From: Amphiscolops sp. MND2022
Taxonomy: Eukaryota
Reading direction: 5' to 3'
Assembly (NCBI GenBank): GCA_964187785.1
Contig: OZ076409.1
Coordinates: forward strand, 35,528,001-35,588,000
Length of the DNA stretch: 60,000 nt
Below the pieces are notes generated by a model that was not told the DNA's origin, searched no databases, and saw only the letters and a program-made list of their open reading frames with translations. The position numbers were made by a program, and so were the translations under genes. Below are positions 47,076 to 60,000 of this stretch, in pieces (the first letter of the stretch is position 1; each line of letters begins with the position of its first letter).

Positions 47076-49162
47076 GTGAACCTTCCTTTCTCTGACATTC
47101 AGTATTGAATGATTTAATTTATGTTTTTTCCTCCAATTCTTGCTAAAAAAGACTTTATTTGATGTATGATTTAGTATACTATGAGTATATACGTATAATA
47201 CATAACAACTTATACGTATATTCATTTGAGTTTTGCGTAGTATAAACTCCGGGAATGTCAGAATATCATAACAGTACCCTAGTCATTCACATTGCTAATC
47301 TCGAGAGTTTTGATTTATTCGCTTTCAGAACAAATTTCATTGCTTCGTTGTGGTTCGACACATTTTCGAATTCAGTTGAATACACATATTTTAAATGCCC
47401 TTCATTCCATTCGACCGCTAGTATTTCCAAAAATTAACTGAAAGTCTGTTAGAAAGCTTGATACCTACGCTATTGGTTTCCAACAATTTTGTTCCAAATG
47501 CTGTAGTATTTCCCCTAGTCATTTTTGATAGCGTTGCATATTAATCTCAAATGCAGGCTTGGATTGAAATTTGTGAGTTCAACTACATTTCTCACCTCAA
47601 GAGCAACAGTTTTGAACGCCTTCAATTGAACGCCGATAAAACGGTATGTTTTTGTTTACTCGCCGCCAATAATTCAAAAAGTACAAGGTTTTTCTGTGAG
47701 TAAGTGCCGTGGGATTTGATCGTATGCATGAGTCATGTCAACAGTTCTGTTCCGACTTTCGCCTTCTTCTTTACTTTAGCCATCAACGACAATTTCCATC
47801 AGATGTTCCAAGTTTGGTATTTTGTACTTGTCTATTATGCTTCATGAATTGCGCGTGCGTCTAATGCAAATTTAATTGAACGGTTTTTCTTGAAAGGTAT
47901 GACACTTAGTTTTTTGAAAACGTAATCTTTTATTTCAGACTTTTTGTTCTGATCTCTTTTTAGTAGTATTATTTCCTCATCTGTTTTGGCATTTGTATTA
48001 GAATTCTCCTCCCATTTTGCTAAAGTACTCTCGCTTCATTTTTTGTATGTGTTTTAGTCCCGCGATGTTTCACTGTTCCTTTTCTTGCAAACAAGTTAGG
48101 ACCTCACCTACACATTTGCCGCTTGACTTTTTTCGTTTTTTCCCGCAAAAACGTAAACCTGAAAGTCGATAATCATTCCCTGCAAAAAATGGACTTCACG
48201 CTTTTTTACGCAACAAGAATACGTGCCTTCCTGAACTCCTGGTAACCCACCTAACGTTCGCAGACAATATACACTACCAAGCCTATCAGCGTTTCATCAA
48301 AACTGACATATCTTTTCGCTGCGATCTTTTTCTCACCTACAGAATTTTTCTCATGATTTCTCTGACCTCTTTGATCGCCAAAATTTCAACGTCTTAGGCA
48401 GTATTTATCACAACTTTGATTTTGAATCCATCGATAACAGGATTCATCGTATCTTTATCTCAATGCTCGTCATTTTCGAAGTAGTCTACTCCTTGCACCC
48501 GTGTGTCGACGCGCTCCTGGGTGCAAAAGACAGAAGCTCGCGGAGCGCTTCCTTCCTCTGATGAGAGATAACTTGTTGCGTTAAGGTCGCTAGTGGGATT
48601 TCAATCTCATCCATTTCGGTTTGTAATTTAATGATTTGATGGTTCATTTATGCTTGCGAAGACGAATTTCTTTTCAGACGTGTTGATCTGTTCAATACTC
48701 ATGGCTAGATGATTTTTAGATAAATTTCGAGTAAGGTAAGAGTTTATCGTAGATTGTTCCACATCGAAAATTTCGAGAAGTTGCACTCATGCGATTCACG
48801 AAAGAAGCGATTCGTTGTTTCTAAGAGTTGATTTAAGTTTTGAGAGAATAACTAAGAGACATTTTCAGTCAGGTAGGCTTCTGGTTATTACGAAAGCAAA
48901 TTGAGTTAATGAGCACATTCTGAGCTACTCGTGTTGCGTCCAATTCTCAATCTTGTCAACTTCAGGTGACAAGACGCAACTACCGTACTTCTTCGTTGAA
49001 TGGTATATTGAGGTGACAATTATCACCCCGTTTTAATTCACCAACGTGAATAGTATAGTATCGTACTACACCGGATTTGCAAATTTTTTTAACGAAACTA
49101 TTATCCTCATACTACACTGAGATTGGAATGTTGAAAACACAAGGTACTTGATTAGTTGATGG

Positions 49163-49890
49163 TGTTCGGAATTAGTTATTCTAATTTGAGTAATATTGTT
49201 TGCTGTTCAAACGTATTTCTGCCCTTGTCGTAACGTTGTTCTGACATCGTTGTAAAGGTGCTCCGATTACGTAACATCAAATAACAATCGAAAGATGTTG
49301 CTAACACGTTTGAAACAACAAAGTCTTGACAAGTGAGCGCAAACCTGTCTGCTGCGAAAAAAGAACTGAATGCTCGAACTTGTCCTTTTCGCGAATGTCA
49401 TTGGACTTCAAAACTTTGACAGTTCGGTTTGAACCTTTCATTTCAATTTCTCAGAAGTCTATGTCCGAAAGTTATGTCACAAATGTTTACCGTCTCAGTA
49501 CATCGAAGAGAGGGAAAGATTTCTCTGAAAACCAGTAATTTCCGGACATATTAGGTTTGGCTGACTGGTACTTTCGAACAGGAGGAAGACCTTTTGTCTA
49601 GGGTTAAAGCGCGAAAAACAAGCTCAAGTAAAGACGTTATTTTCACATGAAAAGATACTCATTTTCTAGTTTCATAACATATCAAAAAGCCTCGAAAGTC
49701 TGTCATTTCACTTTATCCAATGTCGATAACCTAACATTGTCAGAGCGAAACCTCTTGAAATTCTTCTGTATCATTCTGTAAAATAATCAAAGCTGCTGAA
49801 CTAACTATTTCTTTTACCATCTTTTTCAACCACCACTACTTAGCAGAACTTCGGCATCACTCAGGGCACCTGGCAGAACACCAAATAATA
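49163..49890 (+). repeat. BEL/Pao 5' LTR
   Basis: Direct repeat of 56403-57018 with many substitutions and an extra ~110-bp block (~49573-49680). Confidence 0.85.
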
Positions 49891-50993
49891 TTTTTGATCC
49901 GTCGACTCCTTTTCTGCCCACAATTGGCTGATGTTGCTCTACTCTCAGTGTGTGTCGATGTGATGCTGGTCTACTCTCGGGGGTTTTCGGTGGGGCACAT
50001 GGATGGCAACTCGATGTTCGACATTGCAGTGGTTTTTTCGATCTTCTGGTTTGTGCAGATTGATATTTTGAGGTTTGAGTTTGAGATTCGTTTCCACAAA
50101 AAGTTCTTCAGCTCCTTCAATTTTCCTACAGAAACTTTTGCTTGCGATCTTTTGAGCCAATACGTTGCAGTTTTGCCCCTATTGCAGTGTTTTTGTTGTA
50201 GTGTTTTGTTTCGTTTGATGATTTGTTTCAATTATAACGCCGCCTATCGTCTTTAACTTATCACATTTCAATGACGCTTCTCCCCCTTAGACCCTCCTTC
50301 ACTTTTTGTCGAGTTTTTGACCCTATGATGCTGGTTGAAAAACCGTTTCCGACTGAAGAGGTACTTTGAATGCCATTATTTATCGGAAAACGTTCAATTT
50401 TTGTCTTTTTTGAGTTTTTTTTGCGTGTCTCGTAGTGTAGACGGACTAGTGGCTCCTGAAACGTTGGTTTAACTTCGATCTTTTGATAATTCGATGCACA
50501 AATTGCACTGATCCTCAGTCGTGAAATCCGGTGATCGAAAGGTCAGGCTCAGGTGTTTCCCTGGGCAAGTCCTCGGTCTGCAGTGCTGCTCGAAGCATGA
50601 GGCCGCTCTGTCGACTGAGTCTTTCTCAAAAAAATTATGGACTAGTTTAGCCCAAAACTAATCAAGCATTCTAGAGAAGGAAAATTTCACTAGCAGCTGT
50701 CTTTGTCTTGTTTCGTTTGTCTTGTTAGCTGGGACTATTTGTTCCGTTCTTTTCACTTCAAAACACGTAACTCAAGTCCCTAGACATTAAACCTTTGGCC
50801 AGTCGTTCCACCGTTTTGTGTCGCTTTTGTTCTTTTCTCCTATGCATTCATTTTTGTTGTCCGTTTGTTCGAACTTTCAATCTTTTCACATAAAAGGTTC
50901 ACAAGTACCAATTGCACTCTTGATTCAAAACAAAAACGATGTACTCAGTTGAAGCTTACTTGCAAACTCAAAACTTGGATGTGTCAATCGTTG

Positions 50994-51496
50994 TTTTTAG
51001 TCGGCGCATTTTAGAAGAAAATGAGCCCGACTATTACAGTGGCAAGTTTTTTTTCTTTTTTTTTCGTCAGACCACAGAATGTATGCGTAGTGGACACTTT
51101 TTACAGAACTACTAAAAGTACTGCACCGGCAAGCGGAATCATATCTGAGTTACTGCAAAGGGTCCCCCCTTTCGTGTACTCAATTTTTAACGTAAGATAC
51201 AAAACCGGACGGAACTACAGGGTCCCCCCTTTGACTTTTTTTCGGCACTGTGCGACTTTTTTCTCGAAATTTTTTTAATGTCCCCAAAGGGTCCCCCCTT
51301 GGAGTTTTTTGTTATTTTGCAACAGAATGTGTGTTTATAAATCAAAAAGGGTCCCCCCTTTTACATTTTTCGGCACTACGCGACATTTTCCGAAAGAAAA
51401 TTTTTTTTCGAAAATTTCAAGTTTTTTCCAAAAAAATGTTTTGCGCTTTTTGAGACTTAGATATAGCGCCGACTTGAGACGTTCCCGTCTTGTTTT
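50994..51496 (+). mobile_element. HINE/DINE-1-like family A element inserted in the BEL 5' leader
   Basis: TTTTTAGTCGGCGC...GCCCGACTA at the 5' end; GCGCCGACT + hairpin AGACG-TTCC-CGTCT + TGTTTT at the 3' end; T-rich insertion site without TSD. Confidence 0.82.
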
Positions 51497-51607
51497 CATT
51501 CGTTCTGTCCACTCATTTTCCCATTGTAACTTTCCGTGGTTGTTTGGGTTTGGATTTGTTCGTTCATTAGAACATTTGAGCATCTTATGTCTTTGCAAAT
51601 CTCTGTG

Positions 51608-54600
51608 ATGGAAAAAACTGTTGCGAGTCGCGATAAGGTCGTTGGTCAATTGTACGAACGCCTTGAGCAATTGCAGGAACTTCTGAAAAATGAGGCAAGG
51701 CGAACAAAATTTTCGAGACTTGTCGATGATTGTGTTGATCTGAAGTCAAAAGTTGGTGAGAGGAATGAAATTTCGATGTCTTCCATTGTCGATGCTGTGG
51801 TTAGTGAAGCGTCTGCTTCATCTAACAAAGTCAATGATTTTTGTCGACTTGTCTTAGATTCTACCCGTGAATATCTTGTTGATCACGCACTCCCTAGTCA
51901 GTCTTCTGGTAGGGCTTTTAAGAAAACGTCAATTTCGTCCAAATGTTTTAGGATGTTGTTAAAGCTTCAAGAAGAGAAATTAGAGCGTGAAGCTGATGCC
52001 CGCATTGCTATCGTTGAGGCTGACCTTTGGTTGAGCAATTGGAGATGAATTTAAGCTTGAGCAACTCCATAAGCATCGAGACGAGTGTCAATTGTACGAA
52101 ATAGAATCAAATTCCAGTGATCCGATTGTAATGTTGGGAAAACAAACAGTTCAAACTAAGACTTCGGGGTGAGTCAATTCCTTACCACCTAGTGCTACAG
52201 TTGACTCTGTGCCTAATAGTTTGCAACCTATGTCAAATCTAGTTGAAGAACCGCTTCAGTAAACGTCTCATTTAAACGATAAACCGGTACAAGTTGTTGG
52301 TAATGTCACTTCTCAGTATTCGTTTGTAAATAATTCCGTTGGACCTAGCTTGCATTTATTACTGTTTTCGCTCCCTCAAAAGGGCTGATCTGGTTCTACT
52401 GGTGTGTTTGATTGCACAATTGGTGCTTTGACTCTCGGTAACAGAATAGTCTCCTCGAATAACGAAGCTTCTGGTCTGAATGAACTTCAGTCGTCTCTTG
52501 CGAGTAGTTTGACTCCCAACATTAATGAAAAACTTCAGAGCACTTAGGTGCTGCCTTCGAGCCAATTAGGGTCATTGCCTACAACAGTTGTTTCACAAGA
52601 CAAAACAACATTGCCTTCTTATGGCCCTTCGAGGGCTCCGATTGCTTTCACTGGTACGGTTTTTCACCCGATAAGTAGAATAGGCTTCTCGAATTTTTCT
52701 CTTTTGATTTCTCAACCATGTGTCAGTGTTCATCCGAATGTTAATATTTGCAAGGTTGCTCAAGAATGCATAGTGATCAAAAACAGTGCAAGGGTAGCTC
52801 AGCAACCAAATCCTCAAATGATTTTTTTGTCTAATTCTGCTGCGCAACCTATCTATCCTGCTCGTAGTTCATCCAATTTTGCTCCTAACGTTCTGCAAAG
52901 TTTCTTGGAAACTCAAATTGCTCATGAGTCTCTTCCAAAATTCGAGCTTGATGTCTTTAGCGGAGATCCACTCAAAAGGCCTGAGTGGCAAGGAATGTTT
53001 GAGTCCACTTGTTGTAAGCCTTAAGTTTCAAAAGATCATCGCATGAGATATTTGAAACTTTTCACTTCTGGAAAAGCGAAGGCAACTATTGATGGGTTTG
53101 GGTACTTGGGCGTTCAATTCGATCAAGCATTTGCTTCACTTCCGAAAAAATTCGGAGCTCCACATGTTAATGTCGGGGCACAAATTGAAAAACTCAGTAA
53201 ACATCCTCAAGTGAAAATGCACAATTCTGCATCAATAATTAAATTTTCTCAAGTTGTGACCAGTTTTGTTTCGATTACGTTGTCGAGTCTGTTGATCTTG
53301 AGTTAACAACACAAGTCTCCAAGTGGTGGGGCCTCGAATCATATCCATCGTTTGTGAGCGTTGATTCTCGTTCGAAGAGTGATAAGAAAGCGATCGAAAC
53401 TTTAGAAAAAAACTTGTGCCTTCACTGGAAAGCTCTATTGGGTTGGAATATTGTGGGATCCTGATGCAAAACAGTTGGCTAACAATTTTTATTTGGCAAA
53501 AAGTCAGCTTTCATCACTTGAACGTCATTTTTGCAAGAATCCTGAGACGCAAGTTGGTTAGGTCAAAACTATTAAGGATGACATTGCCAATAGCTGAGTG
53601 CGTAAGGTTCCCTTCTCCGAAGTGAAGACAACTCATTGCTTGCCTCAATGGTATTTGCCACATCACCCTGTTGTGATCCTAGTTCGCTTCCGTTTGTTCA
53701 AAGTAGGTCTTTTTGCTGATATTGAGGCAATGTTCATGCAAGTTGAGGTCCCAGAGCATGAACAACGCATCCTCAGATTTTTGTGGCGGGAAGGTCCATC
53801 GTCTGAAATTGAAACATTTCAATAGACCAGGCACATTTTTGGAGCAAAGTCATCTCCAACTTGTGCAATTTTTGTAGTTCAGCAGGCAGCTCGTGATAAT
53901 GTCAAAAACTTTCCAGTTGCTCTGAAAGTGGTTTTCACTTTCTTTGATGTTGACGATTTTTTACAATCGGTTCCCTGTGAAAATGATGCAGTTGTTTTAG
54001 CTAGTCAATTTGTGAAACTGTTGGCTAAGGGTGATTTTAATTTGACTAAGTTCGTCACTAATAGTTTGGAAGTCTACAAGTCATTGGAAAAAGACGTGAC
54101 TTTCACTGAAGCCTTCAGTGAAATGGAAGTCACTACAATTCTGGGTAATCAATGGGATCTGAAAAAAGACAATTTCTATGTTTGCCGCGGCGTCTCGAAT
54201 ATTTGCCTGCAAAGCATAACCAAGCGTAAAATTCGCTCTGTTGTTTCGTATGTATTCGACCCATAGGATTTGTCTCGCTTTTCACTATCAGAGGTCGTTT
54301 GATTGTGAAAGAACTTTGACAGTTGGTCGAGCAAGCTTGGGAAAATTCTGTCTTTTATCAAATTCAATGCTTGTTCGAGGACTGGAATTATGAGTTGCCT
54401 CTTGTCTCAACTTTCAATTTCCAACGTTCAATATTCAAGGAAAGCATAGTAAACTGTTCTCATGAACTTCATCTCTTTGTAGACGACTCCCAATCAGCAA
54501 TGTGCGCATTTGCACATCTTCGTTCAGTTCAGAGTGAAAATGTAGTTGTTTCGTTTTTCGTTGCCAAGTGTAGGGTTTCTCCTATACGTTCAAGGTTTAT

Positions 54601-56385
54601 TCCTAAATTTGAACTTCAAATTGTTGTGATTGGCTTGCGGTTGTCAATATCTATACAGCCATTTCTTCGATTCAGTGTGAAAAACTGTTTTTGGAGCAAC
54701 AGTTTCACTGCTCTTCAATGGATTTTGTCGTCTGACAAACTTCTTCCTGTTTTTGTTGCTAATCGTGTGGCTGAATCATAGACGGTAGTAATGTTGCGCA
54801 ATGAAATTTCGTTCCTGTTCAAATAAAGCTAATATTTGTACCAGAGGTATCAAGATGTCTGAACTTGAGAACACTGACTGGTTACAGGGCCCTTCTTTTC
54901 TTAAGCTTGATAAGTCAAAGTGGGGTGAAAAGCCTCAGTTTGTTGATAGTGTCTCCAGTTCTTCAGTGTGTTCCAAAAATGCTTCGCCTAAACTTGGTCT
55001 CAATGAATTGTTCCGGAAACTCTCTTTATTTCTCAAAATGAAGCGAATCGTGGTTTTCTTTCTCAAAGTGCGCCTTACACAGCACAGAATTGAAAAGTCT
55101 CCAAACCCTGTTATGACGGTGGATGATCTTGCTGGAGCTGAAATGTGTATGTGGTCTCAAGTTAGCTCGAGTTTTTACCTGAGGATGTTTTGTCGTTCTC
55201 CTCTGATTGTTTAATACGTCCTCGTGGTCGCTTGCGAAAAGCACCATGCATTTCTTTCGAGCAAAAACCCTGTCATTCTGTCATGTGAGCATGTGGTTGT
55301 AAAGGTGTTTCTCAAGAATGTGCGCATCTCAAATGCTCACGAAGGCAGGGAATACCTTCGCTCTATTGCACAACAGTTGTTCTGGTTTCGCGGTCTTCGT
55401 AGTGAACACCGTCGAATTCGTTTGAGATGTGTCTTTTGAACAAGACGTGCTCCAATGATATCCGCTTAATTGATGACCGACTTACCTTCAGAAAGATTTG
55501 GGCTCGGCAGTGCTCTCTTTGCGTTTACTGGAATTGATTTGTTGGGCCTTTCGAGGTAAAAAAAGCTAGATCTTCTCACAAGCGTTGGAGTTGCCTGTTT
55601 ACATGCTTAACTGTTAGAGCCGTCCATATTGCAATTTGCCATAGTCGTTATATTGACTCATGTCTCCTAGCCATTCAACGCTTTGTGACGCGCCGTAGAT
55701 TGCCAGCCACCTTTTGTTCTGATAATGGTACAAACTTTGTTGGTGCTTCCAACGAGATCAAGTCTTTCGTCAAAACGCTTTCCGAAACTGACGTAATTGA
55801 ATCAAATTTGACTGGGCGATCTTACAAAAAGAAATTTAATCCCCCTCCCTCTCCTCACTTTGGAGGTGCAAGGGAGCGACTTGTGTGCTCTTGCAAGAAA
55901 GCAACGCTTGCCATTTTTTCGTCCTGTCGGTTGACCGAGGAAACCTTGAACACAACCATGTGCCTTGTTGAGCAAGTTTTGAACGTTCGTCCTCCTACTT
56001 GTGGTAGTAGTGACCCTGATGATTTTGAGGCTCTAACGCCAAACCACTTCCTGCTAGGTCGTGCTTCAGTATCTCTACCGTAGATGTAATCAAACCAGAT
56101 GATTTCAATCATCGTCGTGTCTTTCGCCAATCCCAGTCACATGTGAGTTAGATTTAGAAACGAGGGTTACACGATGGAAACGACGTCATAAGTGGTTTTC
56201 AGACTACAACTGTAATAAATCTGTTGGCTCCCTTGTTTGATATGTAGATAACGGTTGTTCTAAAGGTCATTACCCTTATGGGCGAGTGACCAAACTGAAT
56301 TTCGGCGATGACCGGGTACTCGATCCGCTGTTGTAAAAACTTCGAAAGGTTCGTCCATTGGTCAAAATTTTCCCTTTGCCATAGT
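51608..56385 (+). pseudogene. Decayed BEL/Pao gag-pol
   Basis: LPKFELDVFSGDP...W..MF, MRYLKLFTSGKAK (gag); WYLPHHPV, ADIEAMFMQV, LRFLWR, HIFGAKSSP, DVDD (RT); ELHLFVDDS, PKFEL (RNase H); SDNGTNFVGA, PHFGGARERLV, LTPNHFLLG (integrase); many stops, frameshifts and deletions; protease region missing near 53280. Confidence 0.92.
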
Positions 56386-56402
56386 GTTTGAAAAACAAGG
56401 GA

Positions 56403-57018
56403 TGTTTGAATTAAGTTATTCTAGTTTGACTAATTTTGTTTGCCGTTCAAACATAGTTCTGCCCTTGTTGTAACGTCGTTCTGCCAACGTTGTAAAGTTG
56501 TTTCGATTACGTAACATCAAAAAGCAATCGAATGATGTTGTAAACACGTTTGAAACAGCAAAGGCTTGGCAAGTGAGCGCAATGCTGTCAGCTAAGAACA
56601 ATGAACTGAATGCTCGAACTTGTTTTTTTTTGCGAATGTCATTGGCCTTCAAACTTTGACAGTTCGGTTTGAACGTTTCATTTCAACTTCTCAAATGTCT
56701 ATATCTGAAAGTTATGTCACAAACGTTTACCGTCTCAGTACACTAAAAAGAGGGAAAGTGTTCCCTGAAAACCAGGAAAGTTCGGGACATATTAGGTTTG
56801 GCCGACTGGTACTATCAAAATGCTTCAAAAATCTGTCATTTCACTTCACTCATTGTCGATATTCTAACATTGTCAGCGAATCCTCTTTTAATTCGTTTGT
56901 ATCACTCTGTAAAGTGATCAATACTGCTGAATAAACTATTTCTTTTACCTTCCTTTTCGACCACCACTAAGCAGAACTTCGCCATCAACCAAGGCTCCTG
57001 GCAGGACATCCAGGAATA
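56403..57018 (+). repeat. BEL/Pao 3' LTR
   Basis: Starts TGTT after a purine-rich tract; homologous to 49163-49890; followed by TSD GATGG. Confidence 0.85.
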
Positions 57019-59138
57019 GATGGATTTGTGATGATTGATAGCACTTGTGATGGAGTTATCATGAACGTCATGATGAAAATTAGTAAAGGATAAAATTTAG
57101 ATGAATAAATGATGCGCGATGAGCTTTGGATGAAAGTGGATAGGGCCGTCCAGTCTTAGAGGCCTTGACTTTAGTGCCCTGAATTCCAACCATTTTCCAT
57201 CAAGGGTTATGAATTAACTGGGAATTCGTTCATTTCTCGTCAGAGATCATGAATGCGTTGAAACTCTGATGGCTGCATGTATTTGAACACTAACACTCTA
57301 CTGGGGTAAGAGACGCTTGATCAGGGACTCAAGTTTGTAATTATTATAAATATGTATGTGAACTCAACACTCAGGGAAAGGATGAATATATATAAAGAAG
57401 GTAGGGTTGCCAACAACCATGTATCTTATTACATCGCTTCATTTTGCCCATAAATAAGTATATGACGTAGGTTCATTACAAACATTACATAGATCCACTT
57501 TCCACAATACTGGCATGACAGTCTGCCACTTTGGGTTTTTATAGAATTGGCGAAAATTGGTATCTTTGCACACTCGAGTGTTTTCCTTTGTATTGCAGCA
57601 TCCCTCGAAGTGGACTTTTATTTTTTAAAAAATGGCCTTTTAATTCAGAAGTGGCCATTTAACTGGTTTGGCTATTTTTCCGATTCATTTGCTCGCAGCT
57701 CTTTGTTATCGATTTCTAGAAACTTGGCAAAGAACGATAGCGACAGTGACACTTGAATTGGCGACAGGCAAATAACAGTCTGAACAGTGAATTGAAATTT
57801 TCTCATGTTCTTTTATTTAACAGGTACTTGATTGATATTGATGTATTTTCTAATAGTGTTATCTAGTCTACATCTCTATCACAACGCCTAGTTTTAACTT
57901 TCTAATATTGCTGTGTTGAGGATTGAAATTCCAAGTTGATCCAAATTCTGAAAGCAATTATATCGGATAGTTGAATACCATGCCAATACTAATGGCGAGT
58001 GGTAATAACGTCCAAGAAAAGACAGCTAAATACAAAACAGGAATAAGCCATGACAAATCATTAGAGACGTCAAAGTATTAGTATCTTCCATCTTGAATAC
58101 TAGTGACTACCGATACTACCGATAATAGTAGTTACCGATACGACGACGTAGTTGCCATCTCTACAAGTCACGCTCATTCCCTACGCTAAAACAGTGAATT
58201 TTAGACGTTATTTCTTCAGATGTTATTCGTTCACACGTTATTTCCGGATCACTTTTCGACGTTATTCGAGCCTCTAAATACCAATATTGAACATTTATTT
58301 AAGTACAAGTATTCAAGACAACTAACCCATGTGTTAGAGCAGCATGCGAAATAAATGGTAGCCAGCTCTGCGTTACAGCATATACAACATTTCTGAGATT
58401 TCTTCACTATCAGTTTGATAGTCAATGCGAAACAAATTTGCTATCAAATTTTTCAGAGACTGCTGAAAATATGCGCTAGACTGTGTGCTACAGTGTTATA
58501 CATTTTGAAAATGCTGCCATATTTAAGCAGAGAAGCATCGCTTTGCAGTTTATTCTCTGTGTACTGCTCATGGAACGATAGTTGAGATGCTGCTAGCTTG
58601 TTCTTCTGAGAAATGCGTTGTCGAGAAAGTGAGAAAAACAGTAACCATTGTTAGTCAATGTATCAATGTACAGTATTAGACGGCTGCCATGCTTTTGCAC
58701 ATGTTCAGTTCCCGTTGTTTTTCTACCACGTGAACCAAAATAAACGTAATACACCTCATTTTCATACAAGTGGAACCTAAACGTTGAAGGAACAAAGTAA
58801 ATTGATGGTGTTAATATGTTTACCCGTGCTGACAACCCAGGGTTCCCATCGCAGCCCCACCGGTGGCCACCGCGGTGGCCATGACATTTTGTGGTGGCCA
58901 GCAGGGGCGGTCAAAAATTAATTGTCATTGCAATTAATTGCAATTAATTGCAAATTTTTCATTGCAATTAATTGATTGCTTCACTTGTGCAATTACAATC
59001 AATTGATTGCGCTCTTATCAATTAATTGCAATTAATTGCATATCTTAGTTCTTACAATTATTCAGTGCATTTCTTAGAAATCAAGTCCATATTTCTTAGA
59101 AGAGGCCATGTTGACTTTTGCACTTCAGATTTTTGAAA

Positions 59139-60000
59139 ATGCCGCAGCAAGACGCAGGGCTTTTTAATAAATTATTTGTATTGCAATATATTGCAATATT
59201 TGTATTGCAATATATTTATTGGGAGTGGCAAAAGACAGCAATAATATTGCAATATATTGGATTTAAAAACAAATTTAAATATCATTCTTGTGGAGCATTT
59301 CTCAGAATTATAAAACAACCACCCTATAGGCCTACTTAGATTTTTCTCAGAAACGTTCGCAATTCAACCTTTTCAATTCAAGTGCGCTTTTGCTATTTCT
59401 CAGAAATATAAAACACCATCCCATGCGATGTCCTTCGTGGCCTGACTCAAACTGTTCAAATCTAATTTTGAATTTTTTTGTTGATATTTAATGAAAAATA
59501 GATTTTCCTTGCTTTCTCTCCAGATTCTTCAAATTCAGCATATAGCAATATATTGCAATATATTTATTTTTGACAAAGTTTATTGCAATATATTTATTGG
59601 AAATATTTTGATCCAAAATAATATTGCAATATTATTTTAAAAAGCCCTGCCAAGACGTTAAAGCTATAGTCAAGCGATATTTTGCGGAAACTGATTCACA
59701 AACTGGAAAATGGACATGCTCTTGTGGGAAAACATTAATTCAGAAGAAAAACACGGGGTGGAGCAATTTATTCATCCCTTCGGGAGGTAACAAATTTAAG
59801 ACCTGTGCATAAAGATGAAACCCGTTGGCTGAGTTGTTATCAAATGCTCGAACGGTTTTTTCATCTGAAGAAATTTTTAATGGGTGACACACTTGCAACC
59901 GAGAAGGTGATCCTTGACTATTTACCTTCACCTCCGGAAATATCGGAAATTCAAAGTATATTTTCTACTATGAAAAACTTCCAATCGGTTACCCTGGCTC
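59139..60000 (+). pseudogene. Internally deleted hAT transposase, interrupted by a MITE
   Basis: Removing 59155-59649 and one TSD copy restores MPQQDVKAIVKRYF...WTCSCGKTLIQKKNTGWSNLF (BED-finger-like); another frame from ~59778 reads LRPVHKDETRWLSCYQMLERFFHLK...YLPS..E...MKNFQSVTLA (hAT TRWxS motif). Confidence 0.8.
59155..59649. mobile_element. hAT-type MITE (495 bp)
   Basis: TIR CAGGGCTTTTTAA / TTAAAAAGCCCTG; TSD GCAAGACG / CCAAGACG (7 of 8 match); multiple TATTGCAATA palindromes. Confidence 0.88.

Larger units (their letters stand above)
49163..57018 (+). mobile_element. Degenerate BEL/Pao LTR retrotransposon
   Basis: Diverged LTRs 49163-49890 and 56403-57018; perfect 5-bp TSD GATGG (49158-49162, 57019-57023); decayed PBS TGATCCGTCGA; purine run before the 3' LTR; BEL-type gag and pol motifs. 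Confidence 0.9.
58902..60000 (+). mobile_element. Left part of a defective hAT transposon (runs off the window)
   Basis: CAGGGGCGGTC terminus, AATTGCAATT subterminal array (58915-59040), then a transposase remnant; a second CAGGGTTCCC-type end lies at 58838. Confidence 0.65.

Noticed and set aside
47500..49150. Possible decayed coding sequence or upstream sacsin exon
   Set aside because: No UBL or sacsin motifs and no sustained frame; nothing identifiable by eye.
58105..58150. ACTACCGAT short repeats as a regulatory or telomere-like array
   Set aside because: Only about three degenerate units; too short to interpret.

Overview
AT-rich, repeat-dense eukaryotic (animal-like, invertebrate-type) genomic DNA. 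One host gene is supportable: a minus-strand, four-coding-exon sacsin-like gene (43034-42894, 35662-35326, 22740-14852, 13560-13213; about 2904 aa; all GT-AG, intron phases 0/1/0 consistent). It has only two sacsin repeat regions, no visible UBL domain, a J-domain-like segment without HPD and a C-terminal HEPN-like domain. Most of the remainder is mobile DNA: a full-length Mag-like Gypsy LTR retrotransposon with identical LTRs but a broken gag-pol in intron 1; an old BEL/Pao element with a 5-bp TSD; two Gypsy gag remnants; two related LTR-like repeats; two families of Helentron-associated (HINE/DINE-1-like) elements, one carrying a ~183-bp tandem array; Tc1/mariner-, hAT- and Merlin-type MITEs (one nest three levels deep, one in the probable 3' UTR of the gene); a tRNA-derived CORE-like SINE; an internally deleted hAT transposase; and a possible tyrosine-recombinase relic. 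All calls are from reading the sequence by eye; no database searches were run.
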